A stretch of 52,143 nt of DNA from Flavobacteriales bacterium. Lineage in GTDB: Bacteria; Bacteroidota; Bacteroidia; Flavobacteriales; TMED113. Made by a program: the position numbers and the translations under genes. The stretch is from assembly GCA_002722215.1 (NCBI GenBank), contig PBKX01000022.1, positions 6,815 through 58,957 on the forward strand, read 5' to 3'. Within the stretch, counting starts at the first letter, position 1. Each line of letters begins with the position of its first letter. Shown one piece after another: positions 18,585 through 27,918 of the stretch. Below the pieces are notes generated by a model. The model was not told where the DNA came from. It did not search any database and was given only the letters and a program-made list of their open reading frames with translations.

Positions 18585-19607
18585 TTATTTTAAAAATTTC
18601 TTTTTTATAGTCCCATTATCATAAATTTCTAATTGGAATCCTTTTTGATTAGATATATCTCTACCTAGAATGTCTATTTTTTTAACTAATGTATTGTTTA
18701 AATATTTATTTTCATGAATACTTAGACACCAGTGATCTTCTAAAATACCATCAATATTGACAATTGATTCAGAATTACAATTACCATTATTAGCCCATGT
18801 TGCATTTGGCCATCCAGGGATAGAAAGAATTGGTAATTCATCTTCACAAAAAGAGCCAATAAGTCCTTCAGTTTGGCCATTTCCATCTACATCAACTCCA
18901 AAAAGATCTCCAGCACATTCATTTCCACAACCATCAGCATTAACATCTAACCACCACATGCCTGGATATTCACATGTCTCATTGTCTTCGATAGTAGCAT
19001 CTGGATTATAATTACATGCTGCATCATCTGTGCACCCCAAACATGAGTAGTTATCACATGATTGATCATTTACTGTTGCATCTGGATCATAATTACATGC
19101 TTCTGGATCTGTACATCCTGGAGCAGCCCATAATAAATCATCAATTATGTAAATTATCCCATTACATGCTGGGATTTCACTTATAATACTAATGTTATCA
19201 ATTGTAGCATTACCAACAATAACATCTGAACTAATTGGGAAATAGAATTCTGCTTGATTTCCATCTAGCATAGTGAGCAGTGTATTTGTGTTTTCGGGAT
19301 CTAATATTAGTTCGCCTGGATGAATATAATAATTTATATAGGTTATTAATGGATTCATCAGTCCTCCAACGAGTGGTGCTGCAGATTCGTTTTCGACATC
19401 TACTCCTGGAATAAATACCGTATACACCATGTCTTCATCGCAATTAGCTAAAAAACTTAATTCCTCTTCATTCTGATTCCATGCAAGCAACTGAAAATAT
19501 TGATTTACATTGTCATTACTTGAAACTTCATCAAAGATAGAGTTCTCACCATTTTGTGAGAACCCTATGTTTGATAATAATATGACTATTAATAATAATT
19601 TCTTCAT
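18585..19607 (-). CDS. Secreted fasciclin(FAS1)-like protein with two Cys-rich ACNY repeats and a T9SS-type C-terminal tail
   Basis: Signal peptide. FAS1-like H1/H2 blocks (YTVFIPGVD, CNGIIYIIDDLL). GCTDPEACNYDPDATVNDQSC and GCTDDAACNYNPDATIEDNETC repeats, a DVDGNG motif, and the tail KKIDILGRDIS..LEIYDNGTIKKKFLK. Confidence 0.6.
   Translation of the reverse strand: MKKLLLIVILLSNIGFSQNGENSIFDEVSSNDNVNQYFQLLAWNQNEEELSFLANCDEDMVYTVFIPGVDVENESAAPLVGGLMNPLITYINYYIHPGELILDPENTNTLLTMLDGNQAEFYFPISSDVIVGNATIDNISIISEIPACNGIIYIIDDLLWAAPGCTDPEACNYDPDATVNDQSCDNYSCLGCTDDAACNYNPDATIEDNETCEYPGMWWLDVNADGCGNECAGDLFGVDVDGNGQTEGLIGSFCEDELPILSIPGWPNATWANNGNCNSESIVNIDGILEDHWCLSIHENKYLNNTLVKKIDILGRDISNQKGFQLEIYDNGTIKKKFLK
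18972..19118 (-). repeat. Intragenic duplicated module encoding two GCTDxxACNYxPDAT..C repeats
   Basis: Forward-strand copies gcatctggattataattacatgct (18997-) and gcatctggatcataattacatgct (19078-) lie 81 nt apart. Confidence 0.75.
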
Positions 19608-21286
19608 TTAATAAAATATTTTTTTTCAACACTGCCATCATCATATATTTGGAATAGAATTGTTTGATTTGTATTGATATTGATTTCTCTTCCAGTAATA
19701 TCTATAGTATTAACTAATTTTTTATCAGTTCGATTTTCATTAATACTACATGTGTTTGTATCTGATGAAAGATCAAGAGCTGCATGTATTCTAGGACAAA
19801 TAAACTCCTGAATCATATTAGCAAATGCAAGTCCTTTTTCTTCAGACATGTCTGGGTTATCAGTTGTTGACTGGCAAGCATATGTTTCTGCAGTAATACC
19901 TTCTGGAGCTAGTGGGTTATTTACCGCAGCTTGTGGATATCCAAAAGGATCGTTTGGATCATTATTCCACCAATCCCAAGGAGATCCTTGCTGTCCCCAA
20001 GGGAAAAAACAAGAGCTTACTGGGCCACCACATCCATTACAATCATCAGCAGTTAATTGATCACCTGTAGGCGCCACTATTGGAAAAAGACCTGGGTATA
20101 CATCATGTCCTTCAAATATCAAAACTGGATTACCTTCATCATCAAAAACAGGGCTGCCAAAGTCATTTATAGCTTGTACTTGCAGAGCAGAATTAGCTGA
20201 ACCATCTCCATTGCCATACCATGTGTCAGTAACTTCCATGCTTAATCCCTCAAAGGCATCGTTATTACCGTATTCACTAGATAATCGTTGTATTACAAGT
20301 GAGCCATGTGCTTCGACCACAAACTCGTTTGTTGTTGGGACAATGATATCACCTACTTCATATGGTCCAAATTCATCTAAATAGCAGTGCATACTAGCAA
20401 TTGCTGGCTCTCCTTGATCAATCCAAGAACTATCGGGCAATGCTCCACCAATATTAAAAGCCATATCTATATGTGAACTATAGCCTAAGTGGTTTGGCAT
20501 ACAAAGTTGTACATCTGTTGCATCTGGTGTGCCATCTCCATCGATATCTAGAGAAGGAAGAACTCCAGAAGATGTTGCACTTAGATTCCCCATAAATTCA
20601 GGTATTATATATGGAACAGCATCAGGCTGACCATCACCATCTATGTCCATAGAGGTATCCATAAATTTAGGTAATGTTAGTTCTGTTTCGTAGTCATTTA
20701 ATGTAGCTGCTGCTAGAGAGATATATCCACCTGTCCCAAGACCACCTACAGCTATTTTACAAGATATCCCATATGGATTGCCATCTTCTGCTACAGATTT
20801 TCTTAGGAATCTTGTTGCTGTTCTGGTGTCTTGTAAGCCTCTATATGCAGCCTGGATCAGAGTTCTTCTTCTTACATTTTCATCGTCAGATGTTGGATTC
20901 CAACCTAGTCGATAGCCTAAAGCTATTGCGACATATCCTTTTTTAGCAAATTGCATACATTGCTCTACGATAGCGTTATCTGTTTTGCTACCAGTAGCTT
21001 GACCATTTAATATAAGCGGCAAGAAACTACCAGTATGCAATAAGATAACTACTGGTCTATTTGTTTCAGTGTCACCAACTGGAGTATAAATATCCATTGT
21101 TAAATCTTGTGTAGTTGGTGGTTGACCTAATAGGGTAGGGAATACTGTTACATTATTTCCGTAAATAACATCGGAGTTAACTTCTACTTCCGAAAAAATA
21201 TTGTCAATATATCTTTCTTGACTAAAAGTATTCTGAGTAAATAAAATTAATAGTGATAAAGTTATCAATAGTAGTCTTTTTTTCAT
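19604..21286 (-). CDS. Secreted alpha/beta-hydrolase-like protein with TSP3-type Ca-binding repeats and a T9SS-type C-terminal tail; nucleophile apparently absent
   Basis: Signal peptide and an esterase-like N-terminus (DIYTPVGD..RPVVILLHTGSF; YGISCKIAVGGLGTGGY where GxSxGG is expected). Two DIDGDGxPDA repeats and the tail NTIDITGREI..FQIYDDGSVEKKYFIK. ATGA overlap with the next gene. Confidence 0.6.
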   Translation of the reverse strand: MKKRLLLITLSLLILFTQNTFSQERYIDNIFSEVEVNSDVIYGNNVTVFPTLLGQPPTTQDLTMDIYTPVGDTETNRPVVILLHTGSFLPLILNGQATGSKTDNAIVEQCMQFAKKGYVAIALGYRLGWNPTSDDENVRRRTLIQAAYRGLQDTRTATRFLRKSVAEDGNPYGISCKIAVGGLGTGGYISLAAATLNDYETELTLPKFMDTSMDIDGDGQPDAVPYIIPEFMGNLSATSSGVLPSLDIDGDGTPDATDVQLCMPNHLGYSSHIDMAFNIGGALPDSSWIDQGEPAIASMHCYLDEFGPYEVGDIIVPTTNEFVVEAHGSLVIQRLSSEYGNNDAFEGLSMEVTDTWYGNGDGSANSALQVQAINDFGSPVFDDEGNPVLIFEGHDVYPGLFPIVAPTGDQLTADDCNGCGGPVSSCFFPWGQQGSPWDWWNNDPNDPFGYPQAAVNNPLAPEGITAETYACQSTTDNPDMSEEKGLAFANMIQEFICPRIHAALDLSSDTNTCSINENRTDKKLVNTIDITGREININTNQTILFQIYDDGSVEKKYFIK

Positions 21287-21370
21287 GGTTTAAATTTTAA
21301 TTATTAAATTATTTTAATGCAAGATAAAATAATTCATTAAGATGATGGCTAATTCTAACTGTAATTTTTA

Positions 21371-24300
21371 CTAATAGTCAAAGGTTAGAGAGATATATAA
21401 TAGTCGTCCAATTGTTGGCCCACCATATGCTTGATATATTTGATTATTTAATAGATTTGAAGCTCCAATTTTAGCAGTTAATTTATTTTTCCTATCATTA
21501 TATCCTCTGATATTAAATACTCTATTAATTTGTGAGTCAACGAGTCCATAACTCGGAACTTGTCCTGTAAATTGAGGAGATCCCTCAAAGACAAATTCTT
21601 GTTGCCATTTGTAGTTGACGGATATATTATATTCATTATTATTCAATAATAATTTGTTAGATAGCCCAATATTAAATTTATGCTCTGGTGTATTATATGC
21701 AGGGATAATGGGATCTTTACTGTCTTCATTAATTAATTTATTCCATGAGTAATTACTATTGATGGCCGTTCTTTCATTCATGTAGTAATTTAAACCTATA
21801 CTAAATCCCTGTGCAGTTACTTTTCCGGTTGCATTAGCTGCGACTCTATATACTTGTATGGAAGGTATTGAAACTGTTAAATAATCTTCAATTTCTTGCC
21901 CCACATATTCAGCCCAACCTTCATCTACATCTTCTTGTGTTGCAGGTTGAGGTTCAGATAAAGCACCACTTTTATATGTTGCTCCAATTTGATAACCTAT
22001 AAAATTCTTATATATCGAATAATAATAACTTGCATCAATATATAGTTTGTCAAATAAAGTGGTTCTAAATCCTATTTCTGCAGTTTGTACTTGTTCAGGC
22101 TGAATAGGATTGACTCTTATGAAGCTACCTTTTAATGCATTTTGATTATATGTGCCAAGTTCATTTTCTCCTCTTAAGTAAGAAAGTAATGAGTCTATAC
22201 TTACAAAATATTGATCAAATCCAAATCCATTAAGATTTCCAAGTAAGGTCGCTTGTCCTTGATTGTAGTCAAAATATTGATCTGTTAATGTTGGATTTCT
22301 GACTGCTGATGAAAGTGATAATCGAATAATATCTTTTTCATTTGGTTTATAAACTAAAGATGTAGCTGGTGAAAAAACATAATCAAAATTTTCATTTTTA
22401 TCTACTCTAGTTGTTGCACTGACTAGTAATGTTTCACTAAATAATTTGTGATCATATCCAAGATAAATACCATATTCATAATTTTTAATGCTCAAAGCGA
22501 CAGTATCTATATAAGCAATGTTTGGAATCATGATTGTGTCATAGCCTAAAAATGCTCCACTAATAGGATCAAATGCAGGTGTGATAGATTCTGTGAATAC
22601 AGTGTCTCCACTTTCATTGAGTTCATATACATCGATATAATCATATCCATCATTAAATATAGATCCATCTGAATCAGGTGAATATATTCGAGCATTTGCT
22701 CCTATTGTAAAAAGGCCATATTGTGTATCTATTTTTTTTTCTCCATGGATATGATATAGGCTAGATTTATCATAAAATTGTGTCCCCCCTATTAAATTAC
22801 CATATTTGTCATATCTTGTTTGTGTAGTGATTTCATTAAATAGTGTATTAAATTCTTCTGTGCCAGGCTCTATAAAAGCATAGCCTAAGTTACCAACATA
22901 ATTGTTAGCATTTTCTCTTGCTATTTCATGATATTGTGCTAATAGTTCTGGATTCATTGATAATATCTCCTGTGTTTGATTAATCCAGTCGACAAGATTG
23001 CCATCCCATTCAGTTAATGGAATATAATCGGTATTAATTAAATCTTGTTCCATTAATGGTATTATGTCGGTATTCCAGAAGGTTCCATATTGTGTATACC
23101 AATCTGTATTATTTGTTCCTTTTTCAAGTAATGCCACTGCAGTTGCTACCGCATCATAAGAATCACCAGCATCTTCATGAGTCGAATATATCCTAATAAA
23201 AAAATCATCATTTCTTTTTAATTCAATTCTATTTTGAAAGAATTGGATATTTTTTAAACTAATTCGATTGTCTCCTTGATAAATTGTAGTACCATTTCCA
23301 TAGTTAAACGAATAAATAAATTCATTTTTATGTTTTCTTAAATGTATTGCAGTATTAAATTTCAAATTTTCTGTATTATAGTCTACTAATTCAGAGTCTA
23401 GGTATCCATTTCTATGCACTGTTCCCATCCCAGGTTTGCTTGTAAATAAAAAAGTTCGATTATATTCATCTCCGTAGATATTGACAGCATCATAGCCGCC
23501 AGGGTTATTGATCGATGATTCAGTATCATATGCTGGATTGAAATTGTTTGCCTCCCAATCATTTGCTTTCATATATTGAAGATTAATTTTAAATCCAATC
23601 TCTGTATTGTTTTTTAATTTTCTACTAGAAGCATATCTAAAACAATGTTCTCTTAATAGTTGCTCTCCCATTTTAAATTGGTAACTAGTTCCAGGGAACA
23701 TAAAAGGGTCTTTAGTAGACATACTTATTACTCCGTTAAATGCATTAGGCCCATATAATGCGGAATTTGCACCTACAATAATTTCGACCCCTTTTGTATC
23801 TAATTCAGTTGTGCCTAAAAAGTTTCCTAGCGAAAAATTTAAACCAGGAGATTGATTATCAACTCCATCTATAATTTGTAATGAACGCACTGGTGATGTA
23901 CTATTAAAACCTCTTGTGTTAATAATCTTAAAGCCTAAACTAGCTGATGTTAAATCAACTCCTTTTAAATTACCAATACTTTCATAAAAAGTTGAAGAAG
24001 GGGCTTCTCTTATGGCCGTGACATCCATTGCTTCTATTGTGACAGGAGATTGTTTTAATTTCTCTGTTAGTCTAGTATCTACAACATTAATTTGACTTAG
24101 TATTAGTTTGTCGGGTATTAATTTTATCGTCAAGTTAGTCTTATTTTCTGCTACTTCTAATGTAAATTTAGAATAACCCATATAGGAGCATTCTATGTTA
24201 ATAGGTAATGTATTATATTCAAGTGTAAAATTTCCATTAAAATCAGTTGATGTCCCTCTGTTTTCTCCTATTACAATGATACTCGCTCCAATTAATGTTT

Positions 24301-24412
24301 CTTGTGTCTCATTATCTATAACGTTTCCAGTTATAATACCCTGGGAAAAACTATTATGGCTAAAGAATAAACTAATAAGCAAGATGATGTTTATGTAGTT
24401 GTACTTTTTCAC
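21371..24412 (-). CDS. TonB-dependent outer-membrane receptor (no SusD partner)
   Basis: GTG start (forward cac at 24410-24412) and a signal peptide. CarboxypepD_reg-like N-domain (ITGNVIDNETQETLIGASI) and a plug (IEAMD..IINTRGF..IIDGV). Long barrel ending in an aromatic residue (LTFDY). Confidence 0.9.
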   Translation of the reverse strand: MKKYNYINIILLISLFFSHNSFSQGIITGNVIDNETQETLIGASIIVIGENRGTSTDFNGNFTLEYNTLPINIECSYMGYSKFTLEVAENKTNLTIKLIPDKLILSQINVVDTRLTEKLKQSPVTIEAMDVTAIREAPSSTFYESIGNLKGVDLTSASLGFKIINTRGFNSTSPVRSLQIIDGVDNQSPGLNFSLGNFLGTTELDTKGVEIIVGANSALYGPNAFNGVISMSTKDPFMFPGTSYQFKMGEQLLREHCFRYASSRKLKNNTEIGFKINLQYMKANDWEANNFNPAYDTESSINNPGGYDAVNIYGDEYNRTFLFTSKPGMGTVHRNGYLDSELVDYNTENLKFNTAIHLRKHKNEFIYSFNYGNGTTIYQGDNRISLKNIQFFQNRIELKRNDDFFIRIYSTHEDAGDSYDAVATAVALLEKGTNNTDWYTQYGTFWNTDIIPLMEQDLINTDYIPLTEWDGNLVDWINQTQEILSMNPELLAQYHEIARENANNYVGNLGYAFIEPGTEEFNTLFNEITTQTRYDKYGNLIGGTQFYDKSSLYHIHGEKKIDTQYGLFTIGANARIYSPDSDGSIFNDGYDYIDVYELNESGDTVFTESITPAFDPISGAFLGYDTIMIPNIAYIDTVALSIKNYEYGIYLGYDHKLFSETLLVSATTRVDKNENFDYVFSPATSLVYKPNEKDIIRLSLSSAVRNPTLTDQYFDYNQGQATLLGNLNGFGFDQYFVSIDSLLSYLRGENELGTYNQNALKGSFIRVNPIQPEQVQTAEIGFRTTLFDKLYIDASYYYSIYKNFIGYQIGATYKSGALSEPQPATQEDVDEGWAEYVGQEIEDYLTVSIPSIQVYRVAANATGKVTAQGFSIGLNYYMNERTAINSNYSWNKLINEDSKDPIIPAYNTPEHKFNIGLSNKLLLNNNEYNISVNYKWQQEFVFEGSPQFTGQVPSYGLVDSQINRVFNIRGYNDRKNKLTAKIGASNLLNNQIYQAYGGPTIGRLLYISLTFDY

Positions 24413-24418
24413 AGAAAA

Positions 24419-25102
24419 TTAGAAATTGGGTGAAAATTTAGATTCTTTATAAAAATCATCAATTACATTGATCACTTCATCAATATCATCTAGTAACATA
24501 AAGTTGTCAAAATCAGCTTGACTAATACATTTTTCTTTCTCTAATACTGTTGTTTTTAGCCAATCCAATAAACCTTTCCAGTATTCACTTCCATATAAAA
24601 TAATAGGTATGTTTTGAATTTTTTCTGTTTGAATAAGTGTGATTGTTTCAAATAGTTCATCTAATGTGCCCACGCCACCAGGCAGAATTACAAAGGCTTG
24701 AGCATATTTGACAAACATTACTTTCCTTACAAAAAAATAGTTGAAATCAATACTTTTTTCATAATCAATATATTGATTAGGGGTTTGTTCAAAAGGTAAT
24801 TCAATGTTTAGGCCAACAGATGCTCCTCCTCCTTCTTTAGCACCTTTATTTGCAGCTTCCATAATTCCAGGCCCTCCTCCTGTAATAATGCCATAGCCTT
24901 TTTTTGTTAATTTTTTTGATAACAGTGTAGCATCTTTGTAATATGGATTTGTTTTTTTTGTTCTTGCAGATCCAAATATAGAAATACAAGGCCCTATATT
25001 TGATAGTTTTTCAAAACCTTCAACAAATTCTGACATGATTTTGAAAACACTCCAAGTATTTTGATTTTTTGGTTTTTTCCAGGTTTTTTTAAATTCATTC
25101 AT
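24419..25102 (-). CDS. LOG-family protein (TIGR00730; cytokinin riboside 5'-monophosphate phosphoribohydrolase-like)
   Basis: SIFGSART, GGGPGIMEA and PGGVGTLDE motifs. Confidence 0.85.
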   Translation of the reverse strand: MNEFKKTWKKPKNQNTWSVFKIMSEFVEGFEKLSNIGPCISIFGSARTKKTNPYYKDATLLSKKLTKKGYGIITGGGPGIMEAANKGAKEGGGASVGLNIELPFEQTPNQYIDYEKSIDFNYFFVRKVMFVKYAQAFVILPGGVGTLDELFETITLIQTEKIQNIPIILYGSEYWKGLLDWLKTTVLEKEKCISQADFDNFMLLDDIDEVINVIDDFYKESKFSPNF

Positions 25103-27917
25103 GTTGTGAAGATATTTCTTTTTTTAAAAAAAAAGCTGTTTGACTAATTTTATTCTTTAAAATTTCATGTAAATCCCCTTGAAAAACAATTTTCCCTCCT
25201 TTCTTTCCGCCGTTAGGACCTAAATCAATAATATAGTCTGCTTGTTTTATAATATCTAAATTATGTTCAATAATAATGACGGTATTACCTTTTTCAATAA
25301 GTAAATTAATGGATTTCATTAGTATTTGGATATCATAAAAATGTAATCCTGTGCTTGGTTCATCTAATAGGTATAATGTTTGGCCAGTTGATGTTTTTGA
25401 TAATTCTGATGCCAATTTAATTCTTTGTGCTTCTCCTCCAGATAATTTGGTTGAAGATTGTCCTAATTTAATATAACCCATTCCAACATCTTTTAATGCT
25501 AGTAATTTCTTTTTTATTTTCGCAATTTTATCAAAGAAAACGACTGCCTCATCAACACTCATTTCTAAAACATCATAGATATTTTTTTTATTGTATTGAA
25601 CTTCTAGAGTCTCTCTGTTAAATTTTTTACCTCTACATTGTTCACATGGAACTTCAATATCTGGTAATAATTTCATTTGGATAATAATACAACCATGTCC
25701 CTCACACTCTTTACACGTTCCTTCTTTTCGGTTAAAAGAAAACCGGCCTGATTGATATCCTCTAATTTTAGATTCCTTTAGATTTGCATATAAATGCCGG
25801 ATATCTGTAAAAACACCTATGTATGTTGATGGATTTGATCTTGGTGTCCTGCCTATTGGACGTTGGTTAATATTAATAATTTTATCTATTTTGTCCACTC
25901 CCTCTATTGAAATATATTTATGTGGCTTTGTTTTAGACCTGTATAGTTTTTTGCTAATTATTGGATATAATGTCCCGTTAATTAGTGTTGATTTTCCAGA
26001 ACCAGATACACCTGTCACTACTATTAGCTGACCAAGAGGTATTATTATATCAATATTTTTTAAATTATTTCCACTTGCTCCTTTTAATATAATTTTATGT
26101 TTTCTGTTAATTCTTTTTTTTTGTATAGCTTTTTTAAAACTTTTATTAGATAAGTATTGCCCTGTTAAAGAATCAGATTTCAATAACTCTTTATATGTCC
26201 CGCTAAAAGTAATTTCTCCACCTTGGTTTCCGGCACCTGGACCTATATCAATAATGTGATCTGCCGCCTCCATTATTGATTTATCATGTTCAACAATAAT
26301 GATGCTATTTCCGAGCTGATTTAATTTTTTTAATGAATCTATTAGTAGATTATTATCTACGGGATGTAGTCCAATACTTGGTTCATCTAATATATATAAC
26401 ACATTTGTTAATTCAGAGCCTATTTGAGATGCTATTTTGATTCGTTGACTTTCCCCTCCTGATAAAGACGATGTTTGTCTAGAAAGTGTCATATAGCTCA
26501 AGCCAATATTGATTAAAAATTTTAATCTTTTTAATACTTCTTTAATGATTTCATCTGCAATAATTCGTTTTTCTGTCGGAATAGTATTAATAGTTGTTGT
26601 GCACCAATCCTTTAATTCATTGATATCATAATTTGCTATTTCTGCTATATTTTTTTTATTTATTAAAAAATGTAGTGATTCTTTTTTTAATTTTTCTCCC
26701 TTACAGTCTTCGCAAGGTTTTTCTTGAAAAAAATCGTTAGCCCATCTTAAAATTCTTTTTGATTTATTATGAGCGTATTGATCTTCAATAAAGTTAACAA
26801 TGCCTTCAAAATCAATTTGATATTTTTTTGTAATACCAATATTTTTATTTTTGACTTTAAACTCATCTTTTATCCCATATAGAATTGCATCAATCCCATT
26901 TTGTGGAATATCTATAATCTTACTTTTTAAGTTAAAGTTGTATCTTTTTCCAATTATATTAATTTGTTGAAAAATCCAACTTTCTTGATATTCTCCAATT
27001 GGTTTTATAGCTCCATTTTGTATGCTTACATATTTATTTGGAATAATTTTTTCAATATCTATTATTTTACTTATGCCAAGACCTTTACATTTTGGACAAT
27101 ATCCTCTTGGAGAGTTAAATGAAAAAGAATTTGGTTCAGGGTTTTCATATGATATTCCAGATTTTTCACACGTAAAGTGTTGACTAAAGTATTTGTCTTT
27201 TTTTTGTATTATATCATTAATAACAATAATTCCTTTTCCTTCGTCAAGTGCCAGTTTAATCGAGTTCTCTAATCTTTTAAATGACCTGCTTGTAATTGTG
27301 AATTTATCTATTATGATTTCAATATCATGATTTTTATATCGATCTAATTTAAGGTTTGGAGACATGCTTATAATTTCATTATTAACTCGGGCTTTAACAT
27401 ATCCTTGTTTCAGTAATGATTGAAATAATTCACTATAGTGTCCTTTTCTTGATTTGATAATTGGCGCTAAGATGATAATTTCTTTATTTAGGTACTCTTT
27501 TTCTATTGTCGATAATATTTTTTTAGAATCTTGTTTTATCATCTTTCTTTTAGTAATAAAAGAAATAGGAGTACCTAGTTTAGCATATAATAACCTCAAG
27601 TAATCATAGATTTCTGTCCTTGTTCCAACTGTTGATCTGGGGTTATTAGTATTAGCTTTTTGATCTATAGAGATGACTGGACTTAATCCACTTATATGAT
27701 CTACGTGAGGTCTTTCAAAATTGCCAATAAAACTTCTTGCATAAGATGAGAATGTTTCTAAGTATCTTCTTTGTCCTTCTTTATGTATTGTGTCAAATGC
27801 TAATGAAGATTTACCACTACCACTTAATCCTGTAAAAACAACAATCTTGTTTAATGGAATATTAGTACTAATATTTTTTAAATTATTTTCTTTTGCTCCA
27901 ATAATTTTGATTGCCAT
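25095..27917 (-). CDS. uvrA: Excinuclease ABC subunit A
   Basis: 940 aa with two ABC modules (GLSGSGKSS, GVSGSGKST; two LSGGE signatures) and CxxC zinc-finger pairs. Confidence 0.97.
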   Translation of the reverse strand: MAIKIIGAKENNLKNISTNIPLNKIVVFTGLSGSGKSSLAFDTIHKEGQRRYLETFSSYARSFIGNFERPHVDHISGLSPVISIDQKANTNNPRSTVGTRTEIYDYLRLLYAKLGTPISFITKRKMIKQDSKKILSTIEKEYLNKEIIILAPIIKSRKGHYSELFQSLLKQGYVKARVNNEIISMSPNLKLDRYKNHDIEIIIDKFTITSRSFKRLENSIKLALDEGKGIIVINDIIQKKDKYFSQHFTCEKSGISYENPEPNSFSFNSPRGYCPKCKGLGISKIIDIEKIIPNKYVSIQNGAIKPIGEYQESWIFQQINIIGKRYNFNLKSKIIDIPQNGIDAILYGIKDEFKVKNKNIGITKKYQIDFEGIVNFIEDQYAHNKSKRILRWANDFFQEKPCEDCKGEKLKKESLHFLINKKNIAEIANYDINELKDWCTTTINTIPTEKRIIADEIIKEVLKRLKFLINIGLSYMTLSRQTSSLSGGESQRIKIASQIGSELTNVLYILDEPSIGLHPVDNNLLIDSLKKLNQLGNSIIIVEHDKSIMEAADHIIDIGPGAGNQGGEITFSGTYKELLKSDSLTGQYLSNKSFKKAIQKKRINRKHKIILKGASGNNLKNIDIIIPLGQLIVVTGVSGSGKSTLINGTLYPIISKKLYRSKTKPHKYISIEGVDKIDKIININQRPIGRTPRSNPSTYIGVFTDIRHLYANLKESKIRGYQSGRFSFNRKEGTCKECEGHGCIIIQMKLLPDIEVPCEQCRGKKFNRETLEVQYNKKNIYDVLEMSVDEAVVFFDKIAKIKKKLLALKDVGMGYIKLGQSSTKLSGGEAQRIKLASELSKTSTGQTLYLLDEPSTGLHFYDIQILMKSINLLIEKGNTVIIIEHNLDIIKQADYIIDLGPNGGKKGGKIVFQGDLHEILKNKISQTAFFLKKEISSQHE

Positions 27918-27918
27918 T

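Noticed and set aside
18750-21200. Visibly higher G+C in the two cargo genes (hand counts of single 60-nt lines gave 42-43%, versus 23-25% in typical lines), with long antisense ORFs at 18757-19011 and 19848-20060. I considered this as evidence of horizontal transfer.
   Set aside because: A dnaK line counted the same way gave about 50% G+C, so elevated G+C also occurs in core genes. The Gly/Asp/Pro/Cys-rich composition of these proteins explains it. There are no flanking repeats, tRNA or integrase. This cannot be decided without windowed composition and codon statistics.
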